Of a stretch of 39,580 bases of DNA, positions 1 to 9,155 are shown piece by piece. Positions within the stretch are counted from its first letter, which is position 1. Every line of letters begins with the position of its first letter. The stretch spans positions 1 to 39,580 of the forward strand of contig JAKLKB010000128.1 in NCBI GenBank assembly GCA_023150835.1, written 5' to 3'. Both the position numbers and the translations under genes were made by a program. This stretch comes from Myxococcota bacterium (GTDB taxonomy: Bacteria > Myxococcota_C > UBA6777). The notes under the pieces are model-generated. The model worked only from the letters and a program-made list of their open reading frames with translations, had not been told where the DNA came from and searched no databases.

Positions 1-163
1 CGCCCACAAATCCCAACAACCTCCGCTCCTCGTTCTCTTCGCCTTCGCCCACAAATCCCAACAACCTCCGCTCCTCGTTCTCTTCGCCTTCGCCCACAAA
101 TCCCAACAACCTCCGCTCCTCGTTCTCTTCGCCTTCGCCCACAAATCCCAACAACCTCCGCTC
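1..163. repeat. 45-bp perfect tandem repeat, about 3.6 copies, cut by the window edge
   Basis: Unit CGCCCACAAATCCCAACAACCTCCGCTCCTCGTTCTCTTCGCCTT at 1, 46 and 91, partial at 136-163; no spacers. Confidence 0.95.
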
Positions 164-255
164 GTCTTCAAACGCATTGCACACCAAGGTCATCTCTGCT
201 AAGATCGCTGCACTCTTCGGCCCAGCACACACCCACAAATCCCCGCTGGCCCGCC

Positions 256-3072
256 ATGAACGCATCAGGCAAAAAGGATCTCCCGATGGATGTTTCTTGC
301 GAAAACTGCGGAGCGCATTACGAACTCGATACCTCCCGCTTCAAAGGTTCCTCCCTGCGTGTACAATGCTCCTCTTGTGGACACGTCTTTCGGGTCCAAA
401 AAAACCTCTCCGAGATCTCCTCTCCTGCTCTCCCCACCCTCCCCGACCCCTCCAAAAAATGGGTCATCCGCTACAAAGACGGCGCACTCTCCATCGTTCC
501 CGACAAAGCCACCCTCCAACGCTGGATCGTTGAACGCCGCGTCAGCCCCGATGACCACGTCTCTCAAGACGAGATCCACTGGCGCACCTTCGCCGAAATC
601 GAAGAATTCCAACCCTTCTTCCTTGTTGTCGCCCAAAGCACCGCCTCACACCTCGGCGTCCATCAAACGGGCGTCTTTGCCGCTCCCATCCTCACACCCG
701 GACCGCTCGCCCTCACCCCCTCTGGCAGCATCCAAAACTTCGCGACTCTCGGCCTTACGCCCGCTATCCCCTCTCCCACTCAAACCACCGCTCCTTCCCC
801 CTCTCACTTCGCTCCTTCCCCTATCCTCTCCGCTCCCACCCAAACCACCTCCCCTTCCGCTGTGATCTCCGCTCCCACCCAAACCACCGCTCCTTCTTCT
901 CCCCTTTCTCTCGGACCTGCCGGCTCCTTCGATTCTTCTCCCAAAGCCACCCTCGAATTCGGACTCGCTCAAGCCCTCCAAGGACTCAAATCCTCCAACC
1001 CCGCACTCCTCGCCGCCGCCGAAGCCGCACTCGCCTCCTCCGAATCAACCATCGCTTCCACCGAAGCCGTCTCTGACTCCGATATCGACAAAACATCTCA
1101 CACCCAAGAACGCACCGAGATCTCCCTCGAAGCCGCAACAGAAACCCACACCGATCTCTCAAACGACCTTGACTCCGTCTCCTTACGCACCGCCCACCTC
1201 GACGACCACGACGACCACCTCGCTCCTCCCCAAGACTTCTATCTCGCACCTCTCCCCAACAACTCCGCCTCTTCCAAACATCTCGATACCTCCACAGCAT
1301 CCGCCTCTTCCAAACATCTCGATACCTCCACAACATCCGCCTCTTCCAAACATCTCGATACCTCCACAGCATCCGCCTCTTCCAAACATCTCGATACCTC
1401 CACAACATCTGCCTCTTCCAAACATCTCGATACCTCCACAGCATCCGCCTCTCCCGCAAAATCCACCTCTTCCACAACACCCCTCGCATCGGCTTCTTCC
1501 GCGAAATCGGCGACCTCCAAACCTCCGACAGGTGAGTGGTTCATGGGCTCGTCAGACGCCCTCGATCTTGCCGCAGAACCCGCCTTCCAAGACGGCTCTC
1601 CGCTCACCCGAGATCCCGATGCCCCAAGCCGCGACTTTTCCGTCGACGAGGACCACACCGTCGGCGAAGAAGATCTCGCCTTCCAACCTAAAAAACTCGG
1701 ATGGTTCGGACGTTTCGCTATCTTCCTTCTCCTCCTCTCTTCCCTCGGCGCTGGCCTTTATCTCCTCCAACCCCCTTGGAGCGAGCCGCTCTGGATTCGC
1801 CTCCGACTTCTCGAAGCCCGCGCTGCCTCCAAAAACCTTCTTCAAGAAGTCCACATCCAACAATACGCCCTCCACGAAGCCGCTTGGCAACGCGCCACCG
1901 AACAACTCAAACAGATCGAAACCATCGAAGGCGACCGCTCTTTCCTTGGCCTCGCCCTCGCCCGCGCCCAACAACAACTCACCCGCATCGAAGCCCTCCA
2001 CCTCTCTCTCCTCCTCAACCAACAACAACAAGAACGCACCCGACAACAGATCAAAACCGTCCGACAAACTCTTGCCACCCTCCCCCCTCAAACACCTCAA
2101 CGCGCTGCCTTCGAGCAAAAACTCCAAAACTTCCAAAACTCCGCTTCCCAAGATCTCGACCGCCTCCAACAGCAAGAAAAACTCCTCCAACAACAAATGT
2201 CCCCTCTCGTCCAAGCCGCACAACAACAACTCCTCCTCGCCGAATCCACCGACCGCTTCGATATCCGCACCCTCCTCACCAAAGCACACTTCAGCGCAAT
2301 CTCCCCTAACAGCGGACCCACCACACGCAAAGCCCTCGAACAACTTGAAAAACGCTCCCTCTCCCCCGAACTACAATCCTCTCTTCTCCTAATCCGAGGC
2401 GCGCTTTCCCTGCGCGAAAACCAAACCGAACAAGCCTCCGAAGACCTCGACCCCGTCTGCCAAAAACACCCCAACTGGGTCTGGCCCATCCTCGCTCGCG
2501 CCGCTGTCTGGGCCATCCAACGCAAAACCAGCCAATCCATCCAAGAATTCAAACGCGCCATCGACCTCGCCAAACAACAACCCCTCGCCCAACAATGGCT
2601 CGCTTTCCTCCAATCCCCCCAACCCGATCTCACCCCACCCAAAGCTCCCCCCTCCAAAACATCTTCCCCTCCTTCCTCTTTCAACCCCCCCTCCAACACC
2701 GCCAACGACGACCTCGACAATCGACCCCTCCCCGCCCTCATCCGCGAAGCCGAACGCCTTCGACAACGCGAAAAATGCAACGCTGCCCTCCGTTTTTATT
2801 ACGCTGCCCTCAAGAAAAAACGTACTGGAACCATCTTCGCCGGCCTTGGCTGGTGTACGCTGGAGGCCAACCGACTCCCCAAAGCCCAATCCTACTTCCA
2901 AACCGCGCTCAAATTAGACGCCAACAACTCCCTTGCTCTCTTTGGCTTGGGACTGACTTTTCGACGACGCGGAAAAAAAGCCCTTGCAAAACAGACCTTT
3001 GAGACATATCTCCAACGATTCCCTGACTCCACCGACGCCAGAGAAGTCAAACTCATCCTCCAAGGTCTTTAA
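256..3072 (+). CDS. MJ0042-type zinc-ribbon + GYF_2-like + low-complexity linker + TM + coiled-coil/TPR protein (GltJ/AgmX-like N-terminus)
   Basis: CENC...CSSC zinc ribbon; KKWVIRYKDG...LQRWIVERRVSPDDHVS...W is GYF-like; TM FAIFLLLLSSLGAGLYLL; C-terminal TPRs (AQSYFQTALKLDANNSLALFGLG, FETYLQRFPDS). Start may be ATG 286. Confidence 0.8.
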   Translation: MNASGKKDLPMDVSCENCGAHYELDTSRFKGSSLRVQCSSCGHVFRVQKNLSEISSPALPTLPDPSKKWVIRYKDGALSIVPDKATLQRWIVERRVSPDDHVSQDEIHWRTFAEIEEFQPFFLVVAQSTASHLGVHQTGVFAAPILTPGPLALTPSGSIQNFATLGLTPAIPSPTQTTAPSPSHFAPSPILSAPTQTTSPSAVISAPTQTTAPSSPLSLGPAGSFDSSPKATLEFGLAQALQGLKSSNPALLAAAEAALASSESTIASTEAVSDSDIDKTSHTQERTEISLEAATETHTDLSNDLDSVSLRTAHLDDHDDHLAPPQDFYLAPLPNNSASSKHLDTSTASASSKHLDTSTTSASSKHLDTSTASASSKHLDTSTTSASSKHLDTSTASASPAKSTSSTTPLASASSAKSATSKPPTGEWFMGSSDALDLAAEPAFQDGSPLTRDPDAPSRDFSVDEDHTVGEEDLAFQPKKLGWFGRFAIFLLLLSSLGAGLYLLQPPWSEPLWIRLRLLEARAASKNLLQEVHIQQYALHEAAWQRATEQLKQIETIEGDRSFLGLALARAQQQLTRIEALHLSLLLNQQQQERTRQQIKTVRQTLATLPPQTPQRAAFEQKLQNFQNSASQDLDRLQQQEKLLQQQMSPLVQAAQQQLLLAESTDRFDIRTLLTKAHFSAISPNSGPTTRKALEQLEKRSLSPELQSSLLLIRGALSLRENQTEQASEDLDPVCQKHPNWVWPILARAAVWAIQRKTSQSIQEFKRAIDLAKQQPLAQQWLAFLQSPQPDLTPPKAPPSKTSSPPSSFNPPSNTANDDLDNRPLPALIREAERLRQREKCNAALRFYYAALKKKRTGTIFAGLGWCTLEANRLPKAQSYFQTALKLDANNSLALFGLGLTFRRRGKKALAKQTFETYLQRFPDSTDAREVKLILQGL
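1264..1452 (+). repeat. 36-bp in-frame coding tandem repeat x5 (SASSKHLDTST[A/T])
   Basis: TCCGCCTCTTCCAAACATCTCGATACCTCCACA(G/A)CA at 1264, 1300, 1336, 1372 and 1408; last codon alternates GCA/ACA. Confidence 0.95.
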
Positions 3073-3089
3073 CCCTGCTCGGAGTTTCC

Positions 3090-4208
3090 ATGCCATCGCT
3101 TTTCTTGCGCGACTTTTTCTTTGACAAGCCTTCTGTCTCTGTTGAGCGCACCCTCTCCTGCGCTCGTGTCCAACCCCGCTCCTTCCGCGATTCGGAACCC
3201 TCATCGGGCTTTCAGCCCCGCTCCTTCGGTGCTTCGATGCGTCCATTTGGCTTCCAACCCCGCTCCTTCGGTGCTTTTCTCGGCAGTCTCCTTTCCTATT
3301 CCGCTTTTTTCTTCTTCGCCTCACCCTCTCCGACCAACGCCCTCTCCAAACGCGAAAAAGCCCAACGCTACCGCACCATCACTCGCCAGATCCAAAAAGG
3401 CTACAACGACGCCATCAAGCTCCGTTATCGCGAACCTTGCGTTGCTTACAACGCGATCCCCGCCTACATCGCGTGGCTTCAAAAGCTCGAAACCGCTACC
3501 GCTGACCAACCTCTTTTGCGCTACCAGATCCGCAGTATACAACGCAACATCCGAAGCAAACGCAATGCCTCCAATCGATGGATGCGCAGCATCCGCTCTC
3601 GTTGCCAACGCTATTGGAACGATGAATGGAAACGACAACCCCCCGCACCTCTCAGCAAAACCTGCAAAAAACGCTTTGACCAAGACGCCCAAGGTCAAGA
3701 AGTCTGGATCGGTGTTCGGCCTTGGGCTTATGTTTATGTCGATGATCTCCTCTGCGGCACTGCACCTTTGCGCGTCAAACTGCCCAACGGAACCTACACC
3801 ATCCGTCTTGACTTTCCACCCGGACGCGACTCGGCCCAATTCCCCATCCAGATCACCCAAACCGAAAAACTGCCCATCCTACTTTCTCGCACGATGGCCA
3901 ACAACCCCAACCCACCCAACAACCCCAAAAAACAGCCCGATCTCCTTTCCTCCCAACAGATCAAAACTGTCCTCCAACGCCACAAGGCCGACCTCAAAAG
4001 CTGCCAACTTTACCAACCCGACGCCCAGCAGATCACTCTGTCTTGGCGCATTACTCCCCAAGGCAAAACCGAAGACGTTCAATGGGTCAGCCCTCCCGAT
4101 GCCCCAAAACGTTTCCAAGACTGCGTCATGCGCGCCGCCACCCGCTGGCGATTCCCTAAAGCCCGCGCCAACGCCGATATCAAAGACTACCCCATCCCCC
4201 TCCAATAG
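3090..4208 (+). CDS. Exported PEGA-domain protein with AgmX/PglI (TonB_C-like) C-terminal domain
   Basis: VRPWAYVYVDDLLCGTAPLRVKLPNGTYTIRL is PEGA-like; LSSQQIKTVL..HKADLKSC...WRITPQG...CVMRAATRWRFP is AgmX/PglI-C-like; hydrophobic segment near aa 60-85; start uncertain. Confidence 0.7.
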   Translation: MPSLFLRDFFFDKPSVSVERTLSCARVQPRSFRDSEPSSGFQPRSFGASMRPFGFQPRSFGAFLGSLLSYSAFFFFASPSPTNALSKREKAQRYRTITRQIQKGYNDAIKLRYREPCVAYNAIPAYIAWLQKLETATADQPLLRYQIRSIQRNIRSKRNASNRWMRSIRSRCQRYWNDEWKRQPPAPLSKTCKKRFDQDAQGQEVWIGVRPWAYVYVDDLLCGTAPLRVKLPNGTYTIRLDFPPGRDSAQFPIQITQTEKLPILLSRTMANNPNPPNNPKKQPDLLSSQQIKTVLQRHKADLKSCQLYQPDAQQITLSWRITPQGKTEDVQWVSPPDAPKRFQDCVMRAATRWRFPKARANADIKDYPIPLQ

Positions 4209-4220
4209 CCTGTATCAACC

Positions 4221-4973
4221 ATGTCTCAACAAAAAACGCACGCTCCCCTGCACTTACACGCCCCCACCCTTCCCCGTTGGCTTTCTGTCTACGACGCCCT
4301 GCCTCTTCATCTCGCCTTTAGCACTTTGTTGGTGGGCCTGTGGCTCACTCGCTTTTTGCTCACAGGTCATAAAAGTTTTGGACTTTTCTTATGGAATCTT
4401 TTTCTTGCATGGATTCCTTTTTTCTTTAGCCTCGGGATGGCTCGGGTGGCCCGCCCTAAACCGCGAATTTCTCTCGCCTTATTCCTGCTCGGCTCACTCT
4501 GGCTGTTGTTTTTCCCCAACGCGCCCTACCTGATCACCGACATGATCCATCTCCGACCGCGCAACTTCCCCTTTTGGTTCGATACCGTCTTGCTTTTCGG
4601 CTTTGCTCTACACGGTCTGCTACTTGGGATGTTTTCGCTCCACCGCGTCCACACGCTTATCCACAACGCGACTTCCCATCGCATCGGATGGATCGCCGTC
4701 TCACTTTTTCTCGGCCTCACTTCCTTTGGGATGTATCTCGGGCGTGTCGAGCGCTGGAATAGCTGGGATCTCCTCACCCGACCCCTTCCCACCCTGCGCG
4801 CCGTCACCGAAAAACTCTTCTTCCCTCTCCATCACCCAACCGCTTGGGCCTTCACTTCTACCACCTTTCTCTTACTTTTTCTTTCCTACCTTTTCTTGCT
4901 TCCCATCCATACTGCATCGCATCCATCGCCCCCTCCACAAACGCCCACCACACCACCCCCTCCCCAAACATAG
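4221..4973 (+). CDS. DUF1361 family membrane protein
   Basis: WNLFLAWIP, FFPNAPYLITDMIHL and GMYLGRVERWNSWD motifs. Confidence 0.85.
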   Translation: MSQQKTHAPLHLHAPTLPRWLSVYDALPLHLAFSTLLVGLWLTRFLLTGHKSFGLFLWNLFLAWIPFFFSLGMARVARPKPRISLALFLLGSLWLLFFPNAPYLITDMIHLRPRNFPFWFDTVLLFGFALHGLLLGMFSLHRVHTLIHNATSHRIGWIAVSLFLGLTSFGMYLGRVERWNSWDLLTRPLPTLRAVTEKLFFPLHHPTAWAFTSTTFLLLFLSYLFLLPIHTASHPSPPPQTPTTPPPPQT

Positions 4974-5197
4974 ACCGCTGGTCGGTATCCTTACCGCAAA
5001 GATCGACACCACCCCCTCCCCAAACATAGAAACCTCCCCAAACATAGACCGCTCCCACCACAATCCCCATATCCTCGCCCCCACGATCCGCCCCCCCCAA
5101 TCCTCACAGATCTCGGAGATCGCTCCTTACGGCCTTGACATCCCACGCCGCTCTCTTTACCAAAGGGGCATCTTTATTCTCGGCATCGGAGTGACGC

Positions 5198-5360
5198 ACA
5201 AAAAAACCCGTGTTCGCGACACTTCAAGCGGAGCCGTCGTTGGTTTGAAAAACGCTGTTCACCCCGTATATGCGGGGTCAAGGGGCGACAGTCCCTTGTG
5301 GGGTTTGGGGCAACGCCCCACAAAAACAAGACCTAGGCACCCCACAAAAACAAGCCCAAT
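5198..5360 (+). repeat. Dispersed repeat family A, long copy (MITE/REP-like, several hairpins)
   Basis: AAAACCCGTGTTCGCGA..TTCAAGCGG..GTTGGTTTGAAAAA..TGTTCACCCCG..CGGGGTCAAGGGGC..CCCACAAAAACAAG, similar to 19911-20050 and 23051-23200. Confidence 0.75.
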
Positions 5361-5443
5361 AAACGCTCTAACCCTGTCAACGACCCGCCCCAAAGAAAGA
5401 TGCCTCCCTTCTGCTCACCACCCAAACAATAAAGGAGTTTCCG

Positions 5444-6094
5444 ATGAGTGACACCGCACCATCCCAACCCATCGCCCTCAACGGCTCGGCCCCTGACTTT
5501 CAAACCGTCACCACCCACGGTCCGATCACTTTTTCCGAATGGGCTCGTGGTAGCTGGGTGATCCTGTTCTCGCATCCTGCGGACTTTACACCTGTTTGCA
5601 CCACAGAGTTTATCGAGTTTGCCCGACGCTCCAATGAATTTGCGTCCCGAAACGTCAAGCTGATCGGATGCTCTATCGACAGCGTCTATGCGCACATCGG
5701 TTGGGTCCGTAATATCGAGGCCAACTTTGGTGTCCAGATCCAATTCCCCGTCATCGCCGACCTCGACCAAAAAGTCGCCCGGCTCTACAACATGATCCAC
5801 GAGCCTTCTTCCAATACCGCCGCTGTTCGGTGTGTCTTTTTCATCGACCCCAAGTTCAAGATCCGAGCGATGATCTATTATCCGCTGAACTTTGGCCGCA
5901 ACTTCGACGAGATCGTCCGTGTGATCGACGGACTCCAAACCGCCGATCAACACGGTATCGCCTGTCCCGCCAACTGGAAGCCCGGTGACAAGGTGATCAT
6001 CCCTCCCCCCGCCACCCAACAAGCCGCCGAAGAACGCCTCAAAACCCAAGGCATCGACATCACCGACTGGTACTTCTCCAAAAAATCCCTTTAG
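5444..6094 (+). CDS. Peroxiredoxin, Prx6 (1-Cys) subfamily
   Basis: FSHPADFTPVCTTE active site; YYPLNFGRNFDEI; CPANWKPGD; AAGGAG RBS. Confidence 0.93.
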   Translation: MSDTAPSQPIALNGSAPDFQTVTTHGPITFSEWARGSWVILFSHPADFTPVCTTEFIEFARRSNEFASRNVKLIGCSIDSVYAHIGWVRNIEANFGVQIQFPVIADLDQKVARLYNMIHEPSSNTAAVRCVFFIDPKFKIRAMIYYPLNFGRNFDEIVRVIDGLQTADQHGIACPANWKPGDKVIIPPPATQQAAEERLKTQGIDITDWYFSKKSL

Positions 6095-6096
6095 CC

Positions 6097-7077
6097 ATGT
6101 CTTCATCGTCTCAAACACTCGGCATATCAGCGCTTTTTCGTCATCCATTCGCAGAGCGGCTAGAATCGGCCCAAAGCATCCTGATCGCGGGAGCGGGCGG
6201 AGGGTTCGATATCTTTGCGGGGCTGCCGCTGTTTTTTGCGCTGCTACGGGAAGGAAGGCGCGTGCATCTGGCCAATCTGTCGTTCACCTATCTTGGGGCG
6301 ACAACGGCGACGGCGGTGGCTCCGTCTGTTTGGCGTGTGGATCACCAAAGCTCGGGCGAACCGCGCTACTTTCCAGAGATGTATCTTGCGACGTGGTTAC
6401 AACAGAACGGATTTCCCGACGCGATCTATTGCTTTGAAAAAGTCGGCGTACAGCCCTTGCGAGCGGCGTATCGGTGGTTGGTGAAACAGCTAGAGTTGGA
6501 TGCGGTGATCTTGATCGACGGTGGGACGGATATCTTGATGCGCGGCGATGAAGCGGGGCTTGGGACGCCCGCTGAAGACATGACGAGCCTTGCTGCGGTG
6601 CGTGGCCTCGATCTATCGGCCAAGATCGTAAGCTGCTTGGGCTTTGGGATCGATGCCTTTCACGGCGTCTGTCATGCCCATGTCTTGGAGAATATCGCAG
6701 CCCTCGACACCCAAGGCGGTTATCTCGGAGCGCACTCGCTCCATCTCTCCATGCCCGAAGTGGCGCGATTTCGAGAGGCCGTCGAATACACACACGCCCT
6801 AATGCCCGAACGGCAGAGCATCGTCAACGGCAGTATCCTCTCGGCCCTCGAAGGCCGCTTCGGAGACGCCCATCGCACCGAACGAACACGCAATAGCCAA
6901 CTCTTCATCAACCCGCTCATGACCTTGTATTGGCACTTTGACCTCGATACACTCGCCGCCCACAACCTCTATCTCCCGATGCTCGAACCCACCCGCGATA
7001 TCTTCCAAGTCCACGCCCTGATCGAAGCCTTCCACCGAAACACGAACACCCGCCCTCCTCGCTCCATCCCCTGCTAA
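6097..7077 (+). CDS. DUF1152 family protein
   Basis: ILIAGAGGGFD, DGGTD, GDEAGLGTPAEDMTSL, GFGIDAFHG. Confidence 0.85.
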   Translation: MSSSSQTLGISALFRHPFAERLESAQSILIAGAGGGFDIFAGLPLFFALLREGRRVHLANLSFTYLGATTATAVAPSVWRVDHQSSGEPRYFPEMYLATWLQQNGFPDAIYCFEKVGVQPLRAAYRWLVKQLELDAVILIDGGTDILMRGDEAGLGTPAEDMTSLAAVRGLDLSAKIVSCLGFGIDAFHGVCHAHVLENIAALDTQGGYLGAHSLHLSMPEVARFREAVEYTHALMPERQSIVNGSILSALEGRFGDAHRTERTRNSQLFINPLMTLYWHFDLDTLAAHNLYLPMLEPTRDIFQVHALIEAFHRNTNTRPPRSIPC

Positions 7078-7285
7078 ACAGCGCAGAATCTCCAAGCGAT
7101 CGCCCTTTCTCAAAAGGGGAGCCGTGAACTGAACAAGCCGCTTGATTTCAAAAAACACCCCTCAAAGGAGCATGGACAAAGATAACTTGTTGTGGCAAGG
7201 GTGGTCTTGCGACGCCTTCTGTGGAGGGCTGCGATGCAGAGTCGACCACGCGCATCGTTGGGAAACTCGGACGGCAACCATGTTG

Positions 7286-7336
7286 GAAAAGCCGTATTCG
7301 CGAAGGCGCACGCGGCAGCGCTGTTGATTTGAAAAA
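7286..7336 (+). repeat. Dispersed repeat family A, short copy (a weaker partial copy at about 7111-7160)
   Basis: GAAAAGCCGTATTCGCGA...GTTGATTTGAAAAA matches the 5' half of family A. Confidence 0.55.
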
Positions 7337-7353
7337 CCAAGGGAGGTGGTGTG

Positions 7354-8022
7354 ATGCGGTGGGCTTGGATGATGGGTTTGTTTGTGTTTTTGGGGTTGGG
7401 GGCATGTCAAGCACCCAGCACAGGAAATCCCGATGGCGGGGAGTCTGTCGCAGAGGGAAAATCTGATAGCGGGGAACCCGCAGCAGAGGGCAATACGGAG
7501 AGCAGAGAGTCCGTCCTAGAAGGGGATGTGGAAGGCAAAGAACTCGTCACGGAAAATCAGCCAGAGACCGTCACAGAAAATCCACCAGAGACCGTTGTTG
7601 CAGGGGATTGCAGTACAGAGCAAAGCTGCACCAAACCCAAAGAGTGCATCAGCCCGGGTCCACGACGCAAGGTTTGCGGCATCCCGCCGATGAACGAGTG
7701 CGAACAAGATGCAGATTGCCAAAAGAGCGATCCCAAGGCGATCTGCAAAGAAGGCGCTGGAAATTGCGGTGGCAAGGCGTGTGTCGCAGGTTGCAAAGCC
7801 GATAGCGAATGTCTTGTGGGCGAGTCCTGCAAAAGCGACGGACATTGTAAGCCAAAAGAATGTATCGACAACATGACCTGCCCGAAGAATTTTGTCTGTA
7901 ACAACAACAAGACCTGTGAAAGGCAAAGTTGCCAAAAAAGCACCGAGTGCTTGGGCTTTTGCGTCAATGCTTTTTGCTATGATCAGAAAGGGACGTGTGA
8001 AGAGATCATACCTGTTCCTTAA
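7354..8022 (+). CDS. Cys-rich lipoprotein with acidic linker
   Basis: GGAGG RBS; hydrophobic signal ending in LGAC lipobox; many CxxDxxC-type repeats in the C-terminal half. Confidence 0.8.
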   Translation: MRWAWMMGLFVFLGLGACQAPSTGNPDGGESVAEGKSDSGEPAAEGNTESRESVLEGDVEGKELVTENQPETVTENPPETVVAGDCSTEQSCTKPKECISPGPRRKVCGIPPMNECEQDADCQKSDPKAICKEGAGNCGGKACVAGCKADSECLVGESCKSDGHCKPKECIDNMTCPKNFVCNNNKTCERQSCQKSTECLGFCVNAFCYDQKGTCEEIIPVP

Positions 8023-8027
8023 GTGGT

Positions 8028-8140
8028 TACGAAATCCGCCCGTTGTGTGATCGTAAAGATGTAGAAGCAGCAAGGTGTAGCTGCCCAACCACAGGGCGTC
8101 TACGCACGCCCCTTCGTGTACACATCTCCCAAATATCGTA
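8028..8140 (+). repeat. Dispersed repeat family B (REP/REPIN-like)
   Basis: Reverse complement aligns with 15460-15572 (TACGATAT..GAAGG..GCGTAGACGCCCTGT..GGGCAGC..TGCTGC..ACATCTTTACGATCAC..CGGATTTCGTA). Confidence 0.8.
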
Positions 8141-8180
8141 TGATGCCTTTTTGTTTTGAACGCATCTGTCTTAAATAATT

Positions 8181-9155
8181 CTACGAACCATAAGAAAAGA
8201 GCTTAGGAAAACGTCGTTTGAAGTATCGTAGCGCGTGCTGTCGAGCGATGCCTTTGAGTTGAAAGGCGATCTCAGAGCGCCTGTGGTGAACTCCTGCACG
8301 CAAAAAGACATTGTCCGCAGAGGTTTGCGTGCCCACAAAGAGATCCACACGACGAGGACCGATCCGACGAAACGCTCCACCCGTATCTTGTACGATAAAA
8401 AGGCCGCTATGCTCCGAACCATCGGGCAAACGCAATCCTCGCAAACGCGGTAGATACAAGACGTCACCGACAGCATAAGCGGAAAGATCCGCTGCGATGG
8501 TGTGATACGGCAAAAGACAATGCTGCTGAACACCCACACCAAAGCGACACCGACGGACGAGCCGAAAACGCCCACGCGCATCCCAGTTCACCAGCAGCCT
8601 TTGCCCTCGACGTGGCCGCAACAAGCCCGTCCCTTCCATCTTGAGCACCCGATAAAAGCGAGAGCAAACCACTGCAAGCGTCCGTCCCTTGAGGTCTCGG
8701 ACGCGAGAGCGTTCGTGTCCTTGATAGCGGTATCTTCCATAACGACCGCGACAAGAGACTTTGGTTTCGTCTGCGATGTAATACGTTGTCGGCAAAAGCC
8801 CCAAAATCGCCCGCATCTGCGACGGAATCGCCCAAGCAGGTGTAGAAGGGTTGGTTTGTAATGCAGACTTTTGACGAGAAAATGTCGGCTGTTTCGCCGA
8901 GACGGGCAAAGGAAGAACGCCCCGATGTTTCTGGTTCGGTTGTGGTGAAACAGACGTTGGAGTGATCCGTTTGCATCCTAAAAAGAAAAAAGCAACCGAA
9001 AAAAATATCCAATTATATCTCTTAAAAAAGAGAGCGCTTTTCGGTCTTTTTCTATTATGAAGTCCTTGAGCAGAAAGGATGGCTGTGCGGTGGGTGGTTG
9101 GATGTACGCTACACACTTCGATCTCGGCCCTCTTGGTTGAGCAAAAATTCCCCAT
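8181..9155 (-). CDS. 3D (Asp-Asp-Asp) domain protein, MltA-like, probable lipoprotein
   Basis: HTIAADLS..VGDVLYLP, VQDTGGAF, RVDLFVG; FFFLGC lipobox; start uncertain. Confidence 0.8.
   Translation of the reverse strand: MGNFCSTKRAEIEVCSVHPTTHRTAILSAQGLHNRKRPKSALFFKRYNWIFFSVAFFFLGCKRITPTSVSPQPNQKHRGVLPLPVSAKQPTFSRQKSALQTNPSTPAWAIPSQMRAILGLLPTTYYIADETKVSCRGRYGRYRYQGHERSRVRDLKGRTLAVVCSRFYRVLKMEGTGLLRPRRGQRLLVNWDARGRFRLVRRCRFGVGVQQHCLLPYHTIAADLSAYAVGDVLYLPRLRGLRLPDGSEHSGLFIVQDTGGAFRRIGPRRVDLFVGTQTSADNVFLRAGVHHRRSEIAFQLKGIARQHALRYFKRRFPKLFSYGS

Noticed and set aside
1-163. CRISPR array (also considered for 1264-1452 and 25240-25293)
   Set aside because: Units are contiguous with no unique spacers, and there are no cas genes.
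5135-5163. sigma70 promoter TTGACA-N17-TACCAA
   Set aside because: The -10 match is weak and it lies 280 bp from the next start; not supportable.
4603-5451. Protein family shared by ORFs 4603-5451 and 22335-23126 (RVRD.SSGAVVG.KN)
   Set aside because: The similarity comes from repeat family A DNA; both ORFs overlap better-supported genes.
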